Source: Harriotta raleighana
Taxonomy: Eukaryota
DNA: 64,000 bases
Assembly: GCA_050575255.1 (NCBI GenBank)
Contig: JBNZDD010013683.1
Coordinates: 1,276,191 to 1,340,190, forward strand
Direction of reading: 5' to 3'
Made by a program: the position numbers and the translations under genes. The notes below the pieces were generated by a model that was given only the letters and a program-made list of their open reading frames with translations, made no database searches and was not told the origin of the DNA. The first letter of the stretch is position 1. Each line of letters starts with the position of its first letter. Positions 12,652 to 25,036 of this stretch are shown in pieces.

Positions 12652-13403
12652 TATTATTTTTATTTATTTATTTATTGTATTTATATAGCGCCTTTCACGT
12701 CAGGAGGACGTCCCAAGGCGCTGTACAGTCAAGTGGGGGGAGGGGTCGGGGGAAGAAAAGCAGGAAAATACTGACTGTATATTTGTGGGCGAAACGCGGC
12801 AGCCAAATTGCGCACAGCAGTGTCCCACAAACAGTCATGGAAGCGAGAGGGCCAGGGATTGAAAGGGGGAAAGAGGGCAAGGNNNNNNNNNNGCGGGTGG
12901 GGTAAAATCAGGGAGGAAAAAGGGCGGAGAAAGGAGGACAAGGGGGAAATCAAGGAGGACAAGGAGGGAGAAATGGTGGCAAGGGGGAAGAGGGAGGGAA
13001 AGGTGGAGGGAGGGAAACCAAGGAGAAAGGGGGGCAAGAGGGAAGGGGGGAAAGGGAGAGAGGGAAGAAGAAAAAGGAGGGCAAAATGTCAGGGGGCAGG
13101 GGGGGGGCCAAACAACAACAACAAACATCATCAACAATAAGCAAAAACAGAAGAAACAACAACAACAATCAACAACAGTCCAGCTCCCTGTCCTCGACGC
13201 CCGCCTGAACCACCTTCAAAAAGGCGGGAACCAGGCCATCGATGCGGTCGATCCCAACGGATGCATCTGCTGATCCACCTCCCTACTGGGAGGCTGGGTG
13301 CTCTCCCGGCCCTCCTCCTCCTGCTCCACCGCACACACCCGGCATCCGCACAGGCCCGTGTCCCCGCCGCTCCAGCTCCATGGCTGCCGGTCCTTGGGTC
13401 GAG
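12652..13403 (-). mobile_element. Young composite retroelement: GC-rich 5' part, low-complexity spacer, SINE-body segment, L2 type A tail, (AAAT)n
   Basis: L2 tail at about 12675-12732, SINE-body match at 12771-12840, purine-rich tract spanning the 10-N gap, CpG-rich block at 13178-13403; continuity across the gap is not proven. Confidence 0.55.
12883..12892. other. Assembly gap (10 N)
   Basis: Run of N inside a purine-rich low-complexity tract. Confidence 0.99.
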
Positions 13404-14139
13404 TTATCATGTTACATAAAGTGCTGTGCTTCTTAATGATAGATTTACAGGTTGTCAGCATTTTTTTTCTCTGAAAACTATGTGAATATTGCATTGAAGG
13501 CGAAGACCTGAATTTATTCAATGAAATAAATCTATGTGGTCTGAGGACAGGGATTAATGGAGAGAAATCCAGAATAGCGAGTAACAGCTTTATCAGTTGC
13601 ATTTTCACCAGTTGACAGCCATTTTGCTTTGCCTGTTCTTGAGAATTAATTTTGATTATGTTCACTGCAGGGAGTAGACAGTGAAAAGTGATTCTGGTAA
13701 CAGAAATGTCACTGAAACGGCTCCTTATGCAGGAAAGGTGGTGCGAACAATAGTTTGTGATTGCAAGCCAAAAAGTGAATTTATGGCTCATAGATTATTC
13801 TCATCTGAGATGCATCAAGATTGGAGTTTGCAGTGACGTACAAATGTAATTTTAAATGTTAAGCTTGACATATTCATCCAGTATTATCCCTTCCACCACT
13901 TTAAACTTTGCGGAACTCAGGATGTAGTATTTACGATCAGCAATGTATTCTATTGAGAACTGCCAGAAGACTATTACAACGCATTGCCTAAAGTGCAAAC
14001 CAGCCTCTCTGAGAATGAATGGGATCAAGAGACTAATTAAACCTGTCTTTTCCTGGAACAAATGCTCTTCTGCTAGAACAAGATATGAGGTTGCCTGGAA
14101 GTTGTTTTTTTTAAAAAGTAGCTCAGAGATAGATGGATC

Positions 14140-14200
14140 TGCTCCTTGGGACGTCCTACCAACATGAAAGGAACTCTATAAATGTAATTTTGTTGTTGTT
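14140..14200 (+). mobile_element. L2 3' tail (type A)
   Basis: ccttgggacgtcctaccaacatgaaagg...aatgtaattttgttgttg. Confidence 0.75.
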
Positions 14201-14207
14201 AACAAGA

Positions 14208-14482
14208 CCACAAAATATACAGTCAATTCATTTGAATTGTGAACTGTGAAGTACTTTGAGACGTCTAGAAGACATGATAGGGAGCTATATCAAATGCAAG
14301 GATTATAAAACAGAATTCATACACAGCACATATGAGGTGAGATTTTACTACTGTGCGCAATTGGCTGCTGGTTTGGCACACAAATGTACAGTCAATTCAC
14401 TTTATAGCATATTCTGTGAAGCACTTTTGAGATATCTAGAAGATGTGAAAAGTGCTATATCAAATGCAAGGATTATTATTAT
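14208..14482 (+). mobile_element. Two tandem SINE 3' fragments
   Basis: Two successive cagtcaattca...tagaaga..tga...atatcaaatgcaaggattat units (about 14208-14306 and 14350-14482). Confidence 0.8.
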
Positions 14483-15151
14483 GTATTATATTTGCTGCTC
14501 AGTGTAATGTCTTTGATTCCTTGATCTTTTGATATGTGTTGTTTTTTTAATATAATTAAGAGTTGTCTGTAATTCCCTCTGCACATTTGTGTTTTACACA
14601 AGATTTACACAACCCGCAAATGAGACCCTTGGGTGAACTACAAACAACGATAATTTGGGAACTCTGCCCAATGTTAATTATTTTGTATCCCTCACATAAT
14701 ATTGACTCAAATAAAAGAAAAGGTCACTTGCATTGGTTCCTAAAAGTGTACAGCATTCTGACAAGTGTTACCAATTAGCTCTTGTGTTACCTTGGAAACA
14801 CGAAGAGCTTGACAACACACTGCTATGTTCTCCTAACAAAACTAATTTATTTAAGTTTTACAACACCACAAACAAGTTGCCTCATTTGAGCGCACTTGGA
14901 CCAAAGGGAATCACTGAGTTGTGTATATATATTGGGCAGAAACACCTCCCATTTTGATTCACTTTTCTACAGCAAACTTTAAGAATTTTGGTGATAAATT
15001 AGCTGGACAAACATTTTCCAAGGAAGCCAATGTTGAACTTACTCCCGACTCTAGAATAGGCATGATTGGAACATATTCCCTTCTCTGGATCTTTGCTTTT
15101 ATCAATACCACACGGTCAACTACAACATGCAAGAGTAAATGTTCCATTTGT

Positions 15152-15361
15152 GGAGTCCTGTAGCTCAGGGATTACAGTGCTCGCCTCACAAACGAGAGAC
15201 CTGCGTTACATTCCCTGCAGGGCAAAACCTTCCTCTACATACCTAATAATAATCCCTCAAGAAAAATAAAACAAGAATAAATTGGTCACAAATATACAGT
15301 CAATTCAGTTTACAAAATGTTTTATGAAGTGCTTCGAGACATCTAGAAGACATGAAAAGCT
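15152..15361 (+). mobile_element. tRNA-derived SINE, short form with internal deletion
   Basis: Head ggagtcctgtagctcagg, body cctaataataatccctc, tail tctagaagacatgaaaagct. Confidence 0.85.
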
Positions 15362-15376
15362 AGACATGAAGACAGT

Positions 15377-15410
15377 TATATATATATATATATAGATATA
15401 TATATATATA
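15377..15410. repeat. (TA)n microsatellite
   Basis: Direct reading; one interruption. Confidence 0.9.
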
Positions 15411-17937
15411 ACTGTACATAAATTTCAGGTGTTGCTATTGTTGCTTTAAAGCTATTTAATCACCAGAGTGAAATATTCAATTTTCTACAACATCCAACTT
15501 TTTGGTCCCTTTGATATGATTGATTTGTGAGTAGAATTCTGGGCAGATTTCTGTGTATCCAGGAGACATTGAGATTATTCAACTCACATTAAGCAATTTA
15601 CAGTCAGTATTGAGATGCAATTTTGATGCATTCAACTGACCTGGAGTCAATCCTAGGCCTGAGAGGGCAAACAGTCATATGAATCCATTATATCCATTGA
15701 GTACCAAGGTTGACCCAAAAACCAACCACTTTAAGGCATCAACATCCTAGAACTATAATAGTCATGCGTTAATCTCAAAGCTTTCATCTAAAGAACAGCC
15801 ATGTTAAACTAAACATTCATTTTACAGAAACATCTTGATTGTATCTTACTCACAGATTGTGAAGAGTTACAGAATCTACCTTTGGCAATTTTCTTGTAAA
15901 TTTGCTATTCAGAGAAGCATTACAATCCCTTGGGGTTCATTCTAAAGGAACATTCTTCAAATAGGAGTATTTCAGTAGCATGGTGGGTTGACCTTTTGCC
16001 CTTTTGCTTCCCATCCGTTCCTCCATTTCACTGAAACTCTATTAAACTCTTTCCTTGTTTAATACAATAATATAAAATATGTATGCATGGAAATCTGACT
16101 GCACATCACCTGTTCCCATTATCATGAATGGCATGTACTGAAATAGAATTCCACATTTTTTTTATTTAAAGAAATATTTATACCTATTCAGGTAAGGCAT
16201 ATCACAAGGGTAGTTATGAACAGTAAAAACATGAACAAAATGTGGGCCACCCACCCCCACCCCCTAGGCCCCACGATTAGCCATTCATAAAAATATCATA
16301 CATGTATCAGTTTCTGCGATAGGTTTAGCAACGCAATGCTTATTCACTGGCCTGCATATAAAGCCTTCATGGTTCTCACTACCCTGGCCTTTAAAGCACA
16401 CTCATCCACAAGTAATGCATGTAAAATAGATTTTAATAAATAATTCCATCTGTGAGCATGAAGAACATCATTGAGATTCCATTCAGCTGTGAATGAAATG
16501 ATTATCTGCCAGAAAGTAGATATAAGATAAGGCACAGATATAAGTCATCATAGGATAAGGATTAGAATGGCTGAGTTGGAAGTGGATGCTGTAATTTATG
16601 AATGGACAACTTAATAATGTTTCTGTGACTTGATATTCCAATGACAAGCCAAATGAATATGGATGAATTGGAAACAAATCAATAGACAAGGCGATCTAAT
16701 TTGTCTAATTATTCTTTTGAATAATTGTTGTTGGTCAGATCAATTATTTGCTAAGAAGCCACATCGTAAGGAAATTGACACTGTTGCCTCACCTTTTGCT
16801 AATACACCTCTTCCCCCATCCCACTCCTACTGCAATGAATCCAAAGACTGGGAGAGATGAAGGAGTGATGGGTTCTCATTTCATTGGAACAAGAATTGTT
16901 GCAAACATGCTTATATGACTGTCTAATTGATGGCATTCCATGAACAAAAACAGACATTGGGACACATTGGAGAAACAGTTGTGGCCTGCATTGGATACAC
17001 TGTAAATTTGGTATTCTAGAAAGATGAGATTGAAAATCCAGAAAGGACTTCTGCATTGGAAACTCTTTAGATCTTGCTTCATATTTTACCTGTGGGAGAC
17101 TGTCAACCCACGTTTAGTATTGCGTATCACTACTTTGCATGCTACACTCCCACGACGTCAGTGCTGGTTGCGAATGATTCACAGCTAATATGATTGCCTT
17201 CTCGGCAGCTACAATACCAGCAAGCGATGACAGACAAAGCCGTGAACACAACTATAGTATGACGATACTTCAGATTAAAACAAATGTATATAGTTAAAAC
17301 TGTTGTGATTTGCATGAATTCTTTAAATGACATTGCAACTCGCATTGACAAAATGTGAAGTTGGCTGAACAATATTCATGCTTAATGGAAGTTTTGTGAA
17401 AAAAAAGCATCTGAAGGTTAACACATGATAAATAGTTGCCCCAAATTGCTGAGAAATGTACACAGAAGTACGTACTGTACGCGTGAAAGAGTTTCGTTAG
17501 AAAATGAACACAGGTGAGCTCGACCATAAATTGCTGATTTGAACATGAAAACAAACAGCTCTTTTGTTAAGAATGAAGGCTTGCCAAATAACATCCAGTG
17601 CAAAGAAAGAGAGAGAAAGATGGTGATAGCTAAGTTCAAGTGAAGCACAGCAAAACCAAATCTCGTCAGACTGAAGCTGAGAACTGTTCTTTACAAAGAT
17701 TGCGGTCCTTAATTAAGTTACTGTCAAAAGCAGGGAAAATAAGTTGAGAGATTTAGAATCCATCACACACAAAATTAAATTGGGGAGGGTAGCATTTGTT
17801 GAAAGTATTTTCTTGTTGCTTTCTCTGCCACCTTTATTGTTAATTAATTCTAACCTGTGTAATACAGTATATAGATTTAAATGACTCTTCCAATATAAAA
17901 TTTTGGGATGGCAATTCCCCGTTATAGAATTCTTATT

Positions 17938-18060
17938 AATAATAATAACAATCCTTTCATTTGATCCAGCGCCTTTCATGTCGGGGGCATGTCTCAAAGC
18001 ACTTCACAGGATATACCTGCAGTGTGGAATGTGTGTGGGCCAAATATGCGCTCAGCAACA
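17938..18060 (-). mobile_element. SINE/L2-type 3' tail fragment
   Basis: aataataacaatcctttcatttgatccagcgcctttcatgtcgggggcatgtctcaaagcacttcacag. Confidence 0.7.
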
Positions 18061-19629
18061 CATCATTAGGTTATAGAAACAGGAATTTTGTTCAGTAATT
18101 CATGGAACATGAAACAGAGAATGATTAAAATGAAGCTTAACCCACATGGGCTTTTTTTTATTCAAATGTTTCTGTCCGTGTTTCTTTCAGTAGGAAGCGA
18201 TGTTTCCAAGCAGATGGTTCAGATTTTGATGTTTTCTTATTTCTCCTGCAGGAGCTGATATCTCCTTCCTTTGTGCTCTTACAATAGGCAGTAATGTGGA
18301 GGGTGGGGGGGGAATGTATTTTAAAATCTCCTTAAATAGAAAGAATTCACTCTGGTATTTATTGCATTCTCAGATTTAAAAAAGTGGGGGGGAAAAACAA
18401 ATTTAAAATTGCTTTGTTTTCCCTTCATGATAGAATGTTAAAAATGGGACAGAGCATTTCAATATTAATTCTATTATGAACATTCCCAGATAATGTGATG
18501 CAGGTAGCACATGAATACTGTATTATCTGAATACATTAACTAGTTTTATTCGTTACAAGTCTTCCTGCCAGCATTTTAATCAGGATAGAAAAAAAAATAT
18601 CCATTGATCGTCTATCCATTACAGGTTTCGCAGTGTCATAAAACATCCTGTCAGCATATTTCAGCATATGTACTGATTGAAATAGCAAGCAAGGTTGCAA
18701 GTTCAGTACTCATTTCCATGTCAGAATGTAAGGAGATTAGAGTTGCTATCGCTGCCACAGTCAGTGCCTTGGCTTATAGAAATAGCATATCTTGCACTGT
18801 GTATTTTCAAGTTTGTTCTGGGGAGATGAAACCCTAGTAAATTACAGGTGGCTTAAGGGTGAGCGAGCTTTATAAACTGTTGCTTATCTGCAGCGTGTGC
18901 TGATGCACTGCAAGTGTATTAAAATGCAACAGCGATAGATTAGCGGACGACGGATTTGCCCAATAGAGCAGTACATTGCCAATGGGCAATGTGACCTTTT
19001 CAGTGTTGCTCATTGTAGCATGACAATAGGTGGCCTGTTTTACTTCTCTCATCATTCCTCCAGACAAGTATTTAGTGCTTGTTAAAAGGAATCAGTATGT
19101 AAATGAGAATCACGGTGGGGTGGGGGTGTGTGGGGGGTGAGGGGAGAGAATAGATAAACGTAAAGCTAAGATGTGCAGTGACTACAGGCGATGATGAGGA
19201 CTTTATGTATCTACTTTATTCTTACTTAAGCAGTTATTATTCAAATGACTAGCCGGCACACTCACTCTGAGTAATAGCTCTCAATAGCTTGCAAAATATC
19301 TGCATTTCCCATTTCATAACTTTACCCTGAGATGATTCTTTCATTCTTACTGCTGAGCGTTGTAAAATAGAACCAGAGAAGCAGCTTAAAGCTAAAAGAG
19401 TTTAAGCCATGCTCTCAAAATAAACCATTAAACCAATCACTTCTTTTTAAAATTTATGTGCGAGAATCTACTGGAGTGCTGTTAAACTATGAATGTACTG
19501 TGAAACGGGTGGTAATTTTATCATCCACCAGGGTATCTGTACAGCTTGGCATTATCCATCAGTTACTAACAAAAATCCTTCAGAAATTCAGCACCTATGA
19601 GCTTTCTGTGTTCTTGTAAAACACCTTTT

Positions 19630-19685
19630 GCGCTCCGAGACACCGTCCGGCATGAAGGGAGCTGTATAAATGCAAGTTGTTGTTG
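19630..19685 (+). mobile_element. L2 3' tail (type B)
   Basis: gcgctccgagacaccgtccggcatgaagggagctgtataaatgcaagttgttgttg. Confidence 0.7.
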
Positions 19686-19899
19686 ACAGAGATGCAATAG
19701 AGACAAAAGGCCTCCAAATGATGTACTGTACACAGTCCATTTGTGAATAGGTTAGTCTCTGTTAATAATAATAATCCTTGCATTTCATACACAGTCATTT
19801 ACCATCAGTGGGTGGACAGGCTATATGGGAAATTTACAGCCCGACCCCAACCCAGAGACTGACATTTGGGTGAGTGACAGCTTGGACCAGGCAATCTGG

Positions 19900-19988
19900 T
19901 CACAGTATATTCTGTGACGCGCTTTGGGACGTTGATAAGATGTGAAAAGCGCTATATCAAATGCAAGGATTATCATTATTATTATTAT
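19900..19988 (+). mobile_element. Young SINE 3' tail
   Basis: Almost identical to the tail at 39875-39960. Confidence 0.85.
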
Positions 19989-20939
19989 CCTGACCAGCCC
20001 ATCACTCATCAGGGAAGGTGGAAGCTTTCCACCTGATGAGCGACAGATGTCGCTCAACAGTTACAGAAGTCAACCATCGCCCGAAACCTTTGCATTTCAA
20101 CCCTGACTAAGTTTTTAAACACACAGAGGTTTTATTCCAAATCATCACCGCGCGTGAATCAGCGCCTCCATTTTAGCTGAAAATCCAGAGTCTTTTTGTA
20201 CTGATCACATCATTAGAGCACCTCAAATTAGAGCACCTCAAATGGATTCACAGGATTTACAATTAAGTGCAGTGACTGTGTATTTGTAGGGGAATATATT
20301 ATATGAACTTGCATAAAATACCAATTGATAAAGTTTCTGACGCTCATGAGAATGGATAACACCTGATTAAGTATCTGAAGCATATTAGACAACGGAGAAT
20401 GCTGTACCTGATTTTTGACCTTACGTTACAAGTGTAGAATATGAAGTTTGGATTCATGATTTTGTTTAAATTATAAAGCATTTTATTTATCCCATTGTTT
20501 TACTCCTCAATCACAAGTCCAAGATGTAACAATTGTTTATTGCCTGAATTGGATTTCATTATTAATAGAAAACATCAAACATTGTACCTTTTTATTAAAA
20601 GTGTTCAGTATGTGTAACAGCATTGGAACATAGAAAGTTCAGGACTGTTAAAACGTCACTTGATCCACTGAACCCATTCTTTTTAATTATCATTAATGCC
20701 ACCTACAATTCCCTTTCTCCAGCCACCTATCCCACTGTCTTTTAAACATATTCGTACAATTTATTTCAATAGTTTTTTACGCTGCTAAAATGACGATTTT
20801 AACATTAAGCAATGATGTAACAGGAATATACTGCCTCTACACTGATCAGGAGTTAGAATAATAATCTTTGGACTTGTATAATATAATGTTGAAAAATCTC
20901 GAAACCCTTTGTGAGTAATTGCTGTCAAACGGAATGGTT

Positions 20940-21223
20940 TATGTATTTGTAGGCAAGTCCCAGAAAAATCCATCACTGAAGCGAATGACCAATTTATCTG
21001 GAGGAATGTTCATTAGACACCAGAAGAAACTCCCTCCTCTTTTTAAAGAGTGCCATGGACTCCTTAATATCTACCTGAACAGACAGATGGGACCCTAGAG
21101 TAACATCTCATGCAAAGGATTGCACCTCTGATAGTACACTGGAGTATTAGCGTAGACCGGGCGCTCAAAGCACCCACAACCTTTTGACCCAATGTACTTC
21201 TCTTACTGAGTCAGGCTGATACC
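20940..21223 (-). mobile_element. Deu-domain SINE, old
   Basis: gtgccatggactccttaatatctacctgaacagacagatgggacc...taacatctcatgcaaaggattgcacctctga, reverse head cccacaaccttttgac. Confidence 0.75.
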
Positions 21224-21274
21224 TTAGCATCATGATTATTGCAAGGATTGATGAAATAAGATCCTCTCTTTCAA

Positions 21275-21312
21275 CGTGTGTGTGAGTGTGTGTGAGAGAG
21301 ACAGAGAGAGAG
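21275..21312. repeat. (GT)n(GA)n compound microsatellite
   Basis: Direct reading. Confidence 0.8.
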
Positions 21313-22242
21313 CAAAATAAAATCACCTTAGCAGAGTTGAGAATAACACAAGTGATTGCAAAATTATTGATAGCACACCTCAGGATCAGCATTGCGAACC
21401 ACTATCATTAGTTCTGCAGTGTTAGAAATATACAGACACCATCAGTCAAGTAACACATGTTGTTTAGATTAATGAAATTGCAGCCATTGTTCTCAATTGA
21501 CGTATCTTTAAATTAAATCATATGTTCCACTTCTTCTAAATTTTCAACACCTACTCATGTTAGGAGCAATACAAGTGACAGAGTAATAGATATAATTCAG
21601 TTTTAATCTCCCAATTTTCAACTCCCCCCAAAAAGCAATTGCGTGATAAATCCCAATTTTCTTACACACAATCTTTGATGCCTGGTGAGATGCACAGACA
21701 CCTGCTCACTGACATATTTTCAGCCATATGTCCTGGTTTGTTTTACTTCATCAGCTCACTGCGTTCATCTTATAACAATTACAGTTGCACTCAATCTTGG
21801 TGACATGTTAATGTAAATGCTTTGTGTTCTTCCTTGTCTTATTTTTAATCCTGAGAATACTTTGTTGCGCTTTTAAAAGTATCATAACTGAATAATTGAA
21901 AGTACTTTCTATTGTTAATAAAACTGTGCATAACAGTGTAAGTGTGCATACTCAGTAATGAGTGGTCGGATGGTTGGTAACAACAACCATCTCAACAAGA
22001 GATGAATTGGTGGAGCAAAATCCACTCTGTCTTTATTCCAAAATCAGTGCGCTCAACAGGTAACAACTTAACAAATGCAATAAGCAATCCATTAAACTAC
22101 ATCTTGTAAAGTTATCAGCTGAGGGCATCGGTTTAACAACTATAAGAATAGCAAGGGATGACAATATTGTGAATGGTTACAAGATAGTAAATAATGAATT
22201 AAGTCCGGATTCGGATTGCATGGGAATAATATTCAATCTATG

Positions 22243-22300
22243 CTGTACTCTGAGACACAAACCCTCATTAAGTGTGCTAAACAAGTGCAAGTTGTTGTTG
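22243..22300 (+). mobile_element. L2 3' tail (type B, diverged)
   Basis: tactctgagacac...gtgctaaacaagtgcaagttgttgttg. Confidence 0.55.
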
Positions 22301-24006
22301 TCATATTCCTCCTCGGGTTTGCTGGCAAACTTTAATTGATCCTTTAATTTCAGCACTTGAATCGGTAGTTTCGGGAAGTTCAAGACCTTTTATTTTATGC
22401 TCCAGCTGTGTTGTCTCTTCACTTTTAAGTGAAAATCACACAGCAATTCCTGTGAAATCAGGTCTGGCAACCATCAACTTAAAGAAAAAAACGGTCAAAA
22501 TTGCTCCCACTAGTTTATCAGGAAATACAAATCATTGAAATACTTAGGAAATCAGGAATGCATTTGAATTTTCTTGATATCAGGTGAGTAGATATCAACA
22601 CTTGCGCTGGATTATGTTAATGCCACTTGTTCAATGGTAACACGCGCTATTCAAAAACACTTGTAGTTGAATCGCTTTTGGCATGTAATATACAAAATTC
22701 CCCATTTTTATTCGACTAGAATCACCGGAATGCGTTGTCATTAATTTAATCTGAACTCATCAGCGAGATTGCACTAAAGAGCTGATCTTGATTTCATTCA
22801 TTGGGAGGTTAATATGCTAAATGGGTTTGGTTTACTTCATACTTTTTGTTGCAACAAAACAATGGTTGCCTTACAACCTGGCATTTTTTTTTTAAAACAC
22901 TTATATCCACAACATATTTTGAAATTGAAGTGTTGAAAGATTTGCTTGCATTAATTGGTGAACGTTCAACAACAACAAAACACATTTCAATGACGCCCTT
23001 CATACACTTCACGTTTGGAGTGCTCCTCGAGTGGAGGAGGACACTGAGGCAGGGCAAGATTGAAGTAACCATAAGTGTGGACAAACAGATAGGTCTTAAG
23101 GGATTTAAAGACACAATATACACATAGCTCATTAAATCAAACATACTTTTTGTTTTGCAGTATGGAAAGCAAATGGAATAAATCCTGTTGAGTATTAAAG
23201 CTCCATGTTGTGCCTCAGCCAGATTCTCAAAAGCTGTGATCTATTTCACTTTTGTGAGTAGATATGTATTCAGACAAGGCAATAATAAATACCAAGTGCC
23301 AGAATCCTCAGGGAACCACTGGACTGGCAAGTAAATCTCCTGGAAAAATAAATCGCCCACCATCTATTCGCTCAACATTCATCAAGAACCAAAGGATGCT
23401 TCCCCTTTTTATTCCCACTCTCAGTTTTACTAGTCTCAGGTGGCAGTGTGAGTAAAACTCTCCTGCATTTCCTTTAGAATCGAAGAAGAAATGACCCTTT
23501 TTTTGAATGGAGTTGGGTGTATGTTAAGCTGCAAATGCTTTTCAATGGACTTCACTTGGCCCTGTCTGCGCAATTCCTTCCTGCAGGTTACGTTTAATTC
23601 AGAAAAGGTGACTGTTGCTTTGGTTCAGTTTGACGGCAAGAGATTCAATAGAATTCTGGTGTTTTCTTCTTTGTGGCTGCCACATCACTCAAGCTATTTT
23701 GATTTCATACAAAAAATAAATCAGAAATAATTATTTGGCTATAAAAGAGAAGGGTGAGCAGAGTTCTTTAATAATTAAAGAGGCAATTGATTCAATGGAG
23801 TTATTGAAATTCAGCTTTGTTGCAAACTTTGTGACACATAAACACCCGGGGCCCTCTCTGGCTCTTGATAATGCAAAGCGTTGTGTAAAACATTTCGCCC
23901 ATTAGAAGATTTCCTTGGTGTGGATATGCCAGCTAAAATGCATTCATCACTTCAACACCCAGTTCACAAACAGCGGATCGGTTCGACTGTCATAGCTGAC
24001 TCTCTG

Positions 24007-24244
24007 AATAATAATAATAATAATCCTTGCATTTGATGTACCGCTTTTCACATCTTATCGACGTCTCAAAGCGCATCACAGAATATACAGGTACTGCAAA
24101 AGTGATATAAACTGTATATTTGTGGGCGAAACTCAGCAGCCGATTGCGCACAGCAGCGTCCCACAAACAGTCGTGGATTGAAATGAGCAATTTTCATTAT
24201 TGTGGTTATTTTGAGGAAGGATTATTATTAGTATTATTAGGCAT
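24007..24244 (-). mobile_element. SINE, 5'-truncated, young
   Basis: Near-consensus reverse copy with CpGs retained. Confidence 0.9.
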
Positions 24245-24773
24245 AATAAGACAACACTGTAAGCTTGCATTTGCAGGAGTACCAGAAACACTGGACTTCT
24301 GTGTTATGTGGTCAATCTATTTTGGCTTCAACAGAGATCCAGGTTTTCCCTTTGGGTTTTCACTTGTGTGAAATGAGATTGTTTTTAAACCCAATTATTC
24401 TATGGTAGTATTTATCAGAGCTGTACCAGGCACCACTGAAAGCTGCTGGGTTATTCATAACGTGAACAATCATATGGGTGGTCCAATGCTTTCCAAAACA
24501 CATACAATTTGCTTTGTTGAGAGGTTGCCTTTAGTCAAAGCAAATCAAGATGAGATCACCTCCTTCACCATAGTGGCCCCATTGAGAAAAGTTCCCGTCA
24601 TTTAATTTCCAGTCCCAAAAGAGGAATGATCAGCTCTAGAATACAAGAAAAGTGGCTACCAAATGCAATGTTTATGATTATTATTGTTATGGTTATTAAA
24701 ATTACATGGTAACATTTGCAGTAATTCAACTGTGTAAACTGCATTGATTTGATACAAGTCATTGATTTGATAT

Positions 24774-24955
24774 GGAGTCTTGTAGCTCAGTGGTTAGAGC
24801 ACTCCCCTTGCAAGAGAGAGACCTGGGTTCAATTCCAGGCAGGGCGAAACCTTGGGCAAGTTGCCTTTTTTCATATGCCTAACAATAATCCCTAAAAAAA
24901 ATATAAATTGGTCATTTCAATCCACAACTGTTTGTGGAACATTGCTGTGTGCAAT
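24774..24955 (+). mobile_element. SINE 5' two-thirds with intact tRNA head
   Basis: ggagtcttgtagctcagtggttagagcactccccttgcaagagagagacctgggttcaattccaggc (A and B boxes). Confidence 0.9.
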
Positions 24956-25036
24956 GGGGGTGGAGGGCATTGGGTGACGAAAAGTACGGTGAAAAAGATC
25001 GGTCTTTAAACAGGTACAAGTCATTACAAACGATTA

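Noticed and set aside
12570-13168. Overlapping Pro/Leu/Ser- and Gly/Glu/Lys-rich ORFs
   Set aside because: Translations of a purine/pyrimidine low-complexity tract spanning an N gap
13216-13791. Longest ORF (191 aa, - strand)
   Set aside because: No recognisable domain; it straddles unique DNA and a repeat; the composition is typical of a chance ORF
24774-24850. tRNA-Ala(TGC)-like sequences (also at 2348, 7842, 15152) as tRNA genes
   Set aside because: They lack a proper acceptor stem and run directly into SINE body sequence; they are SINE heads
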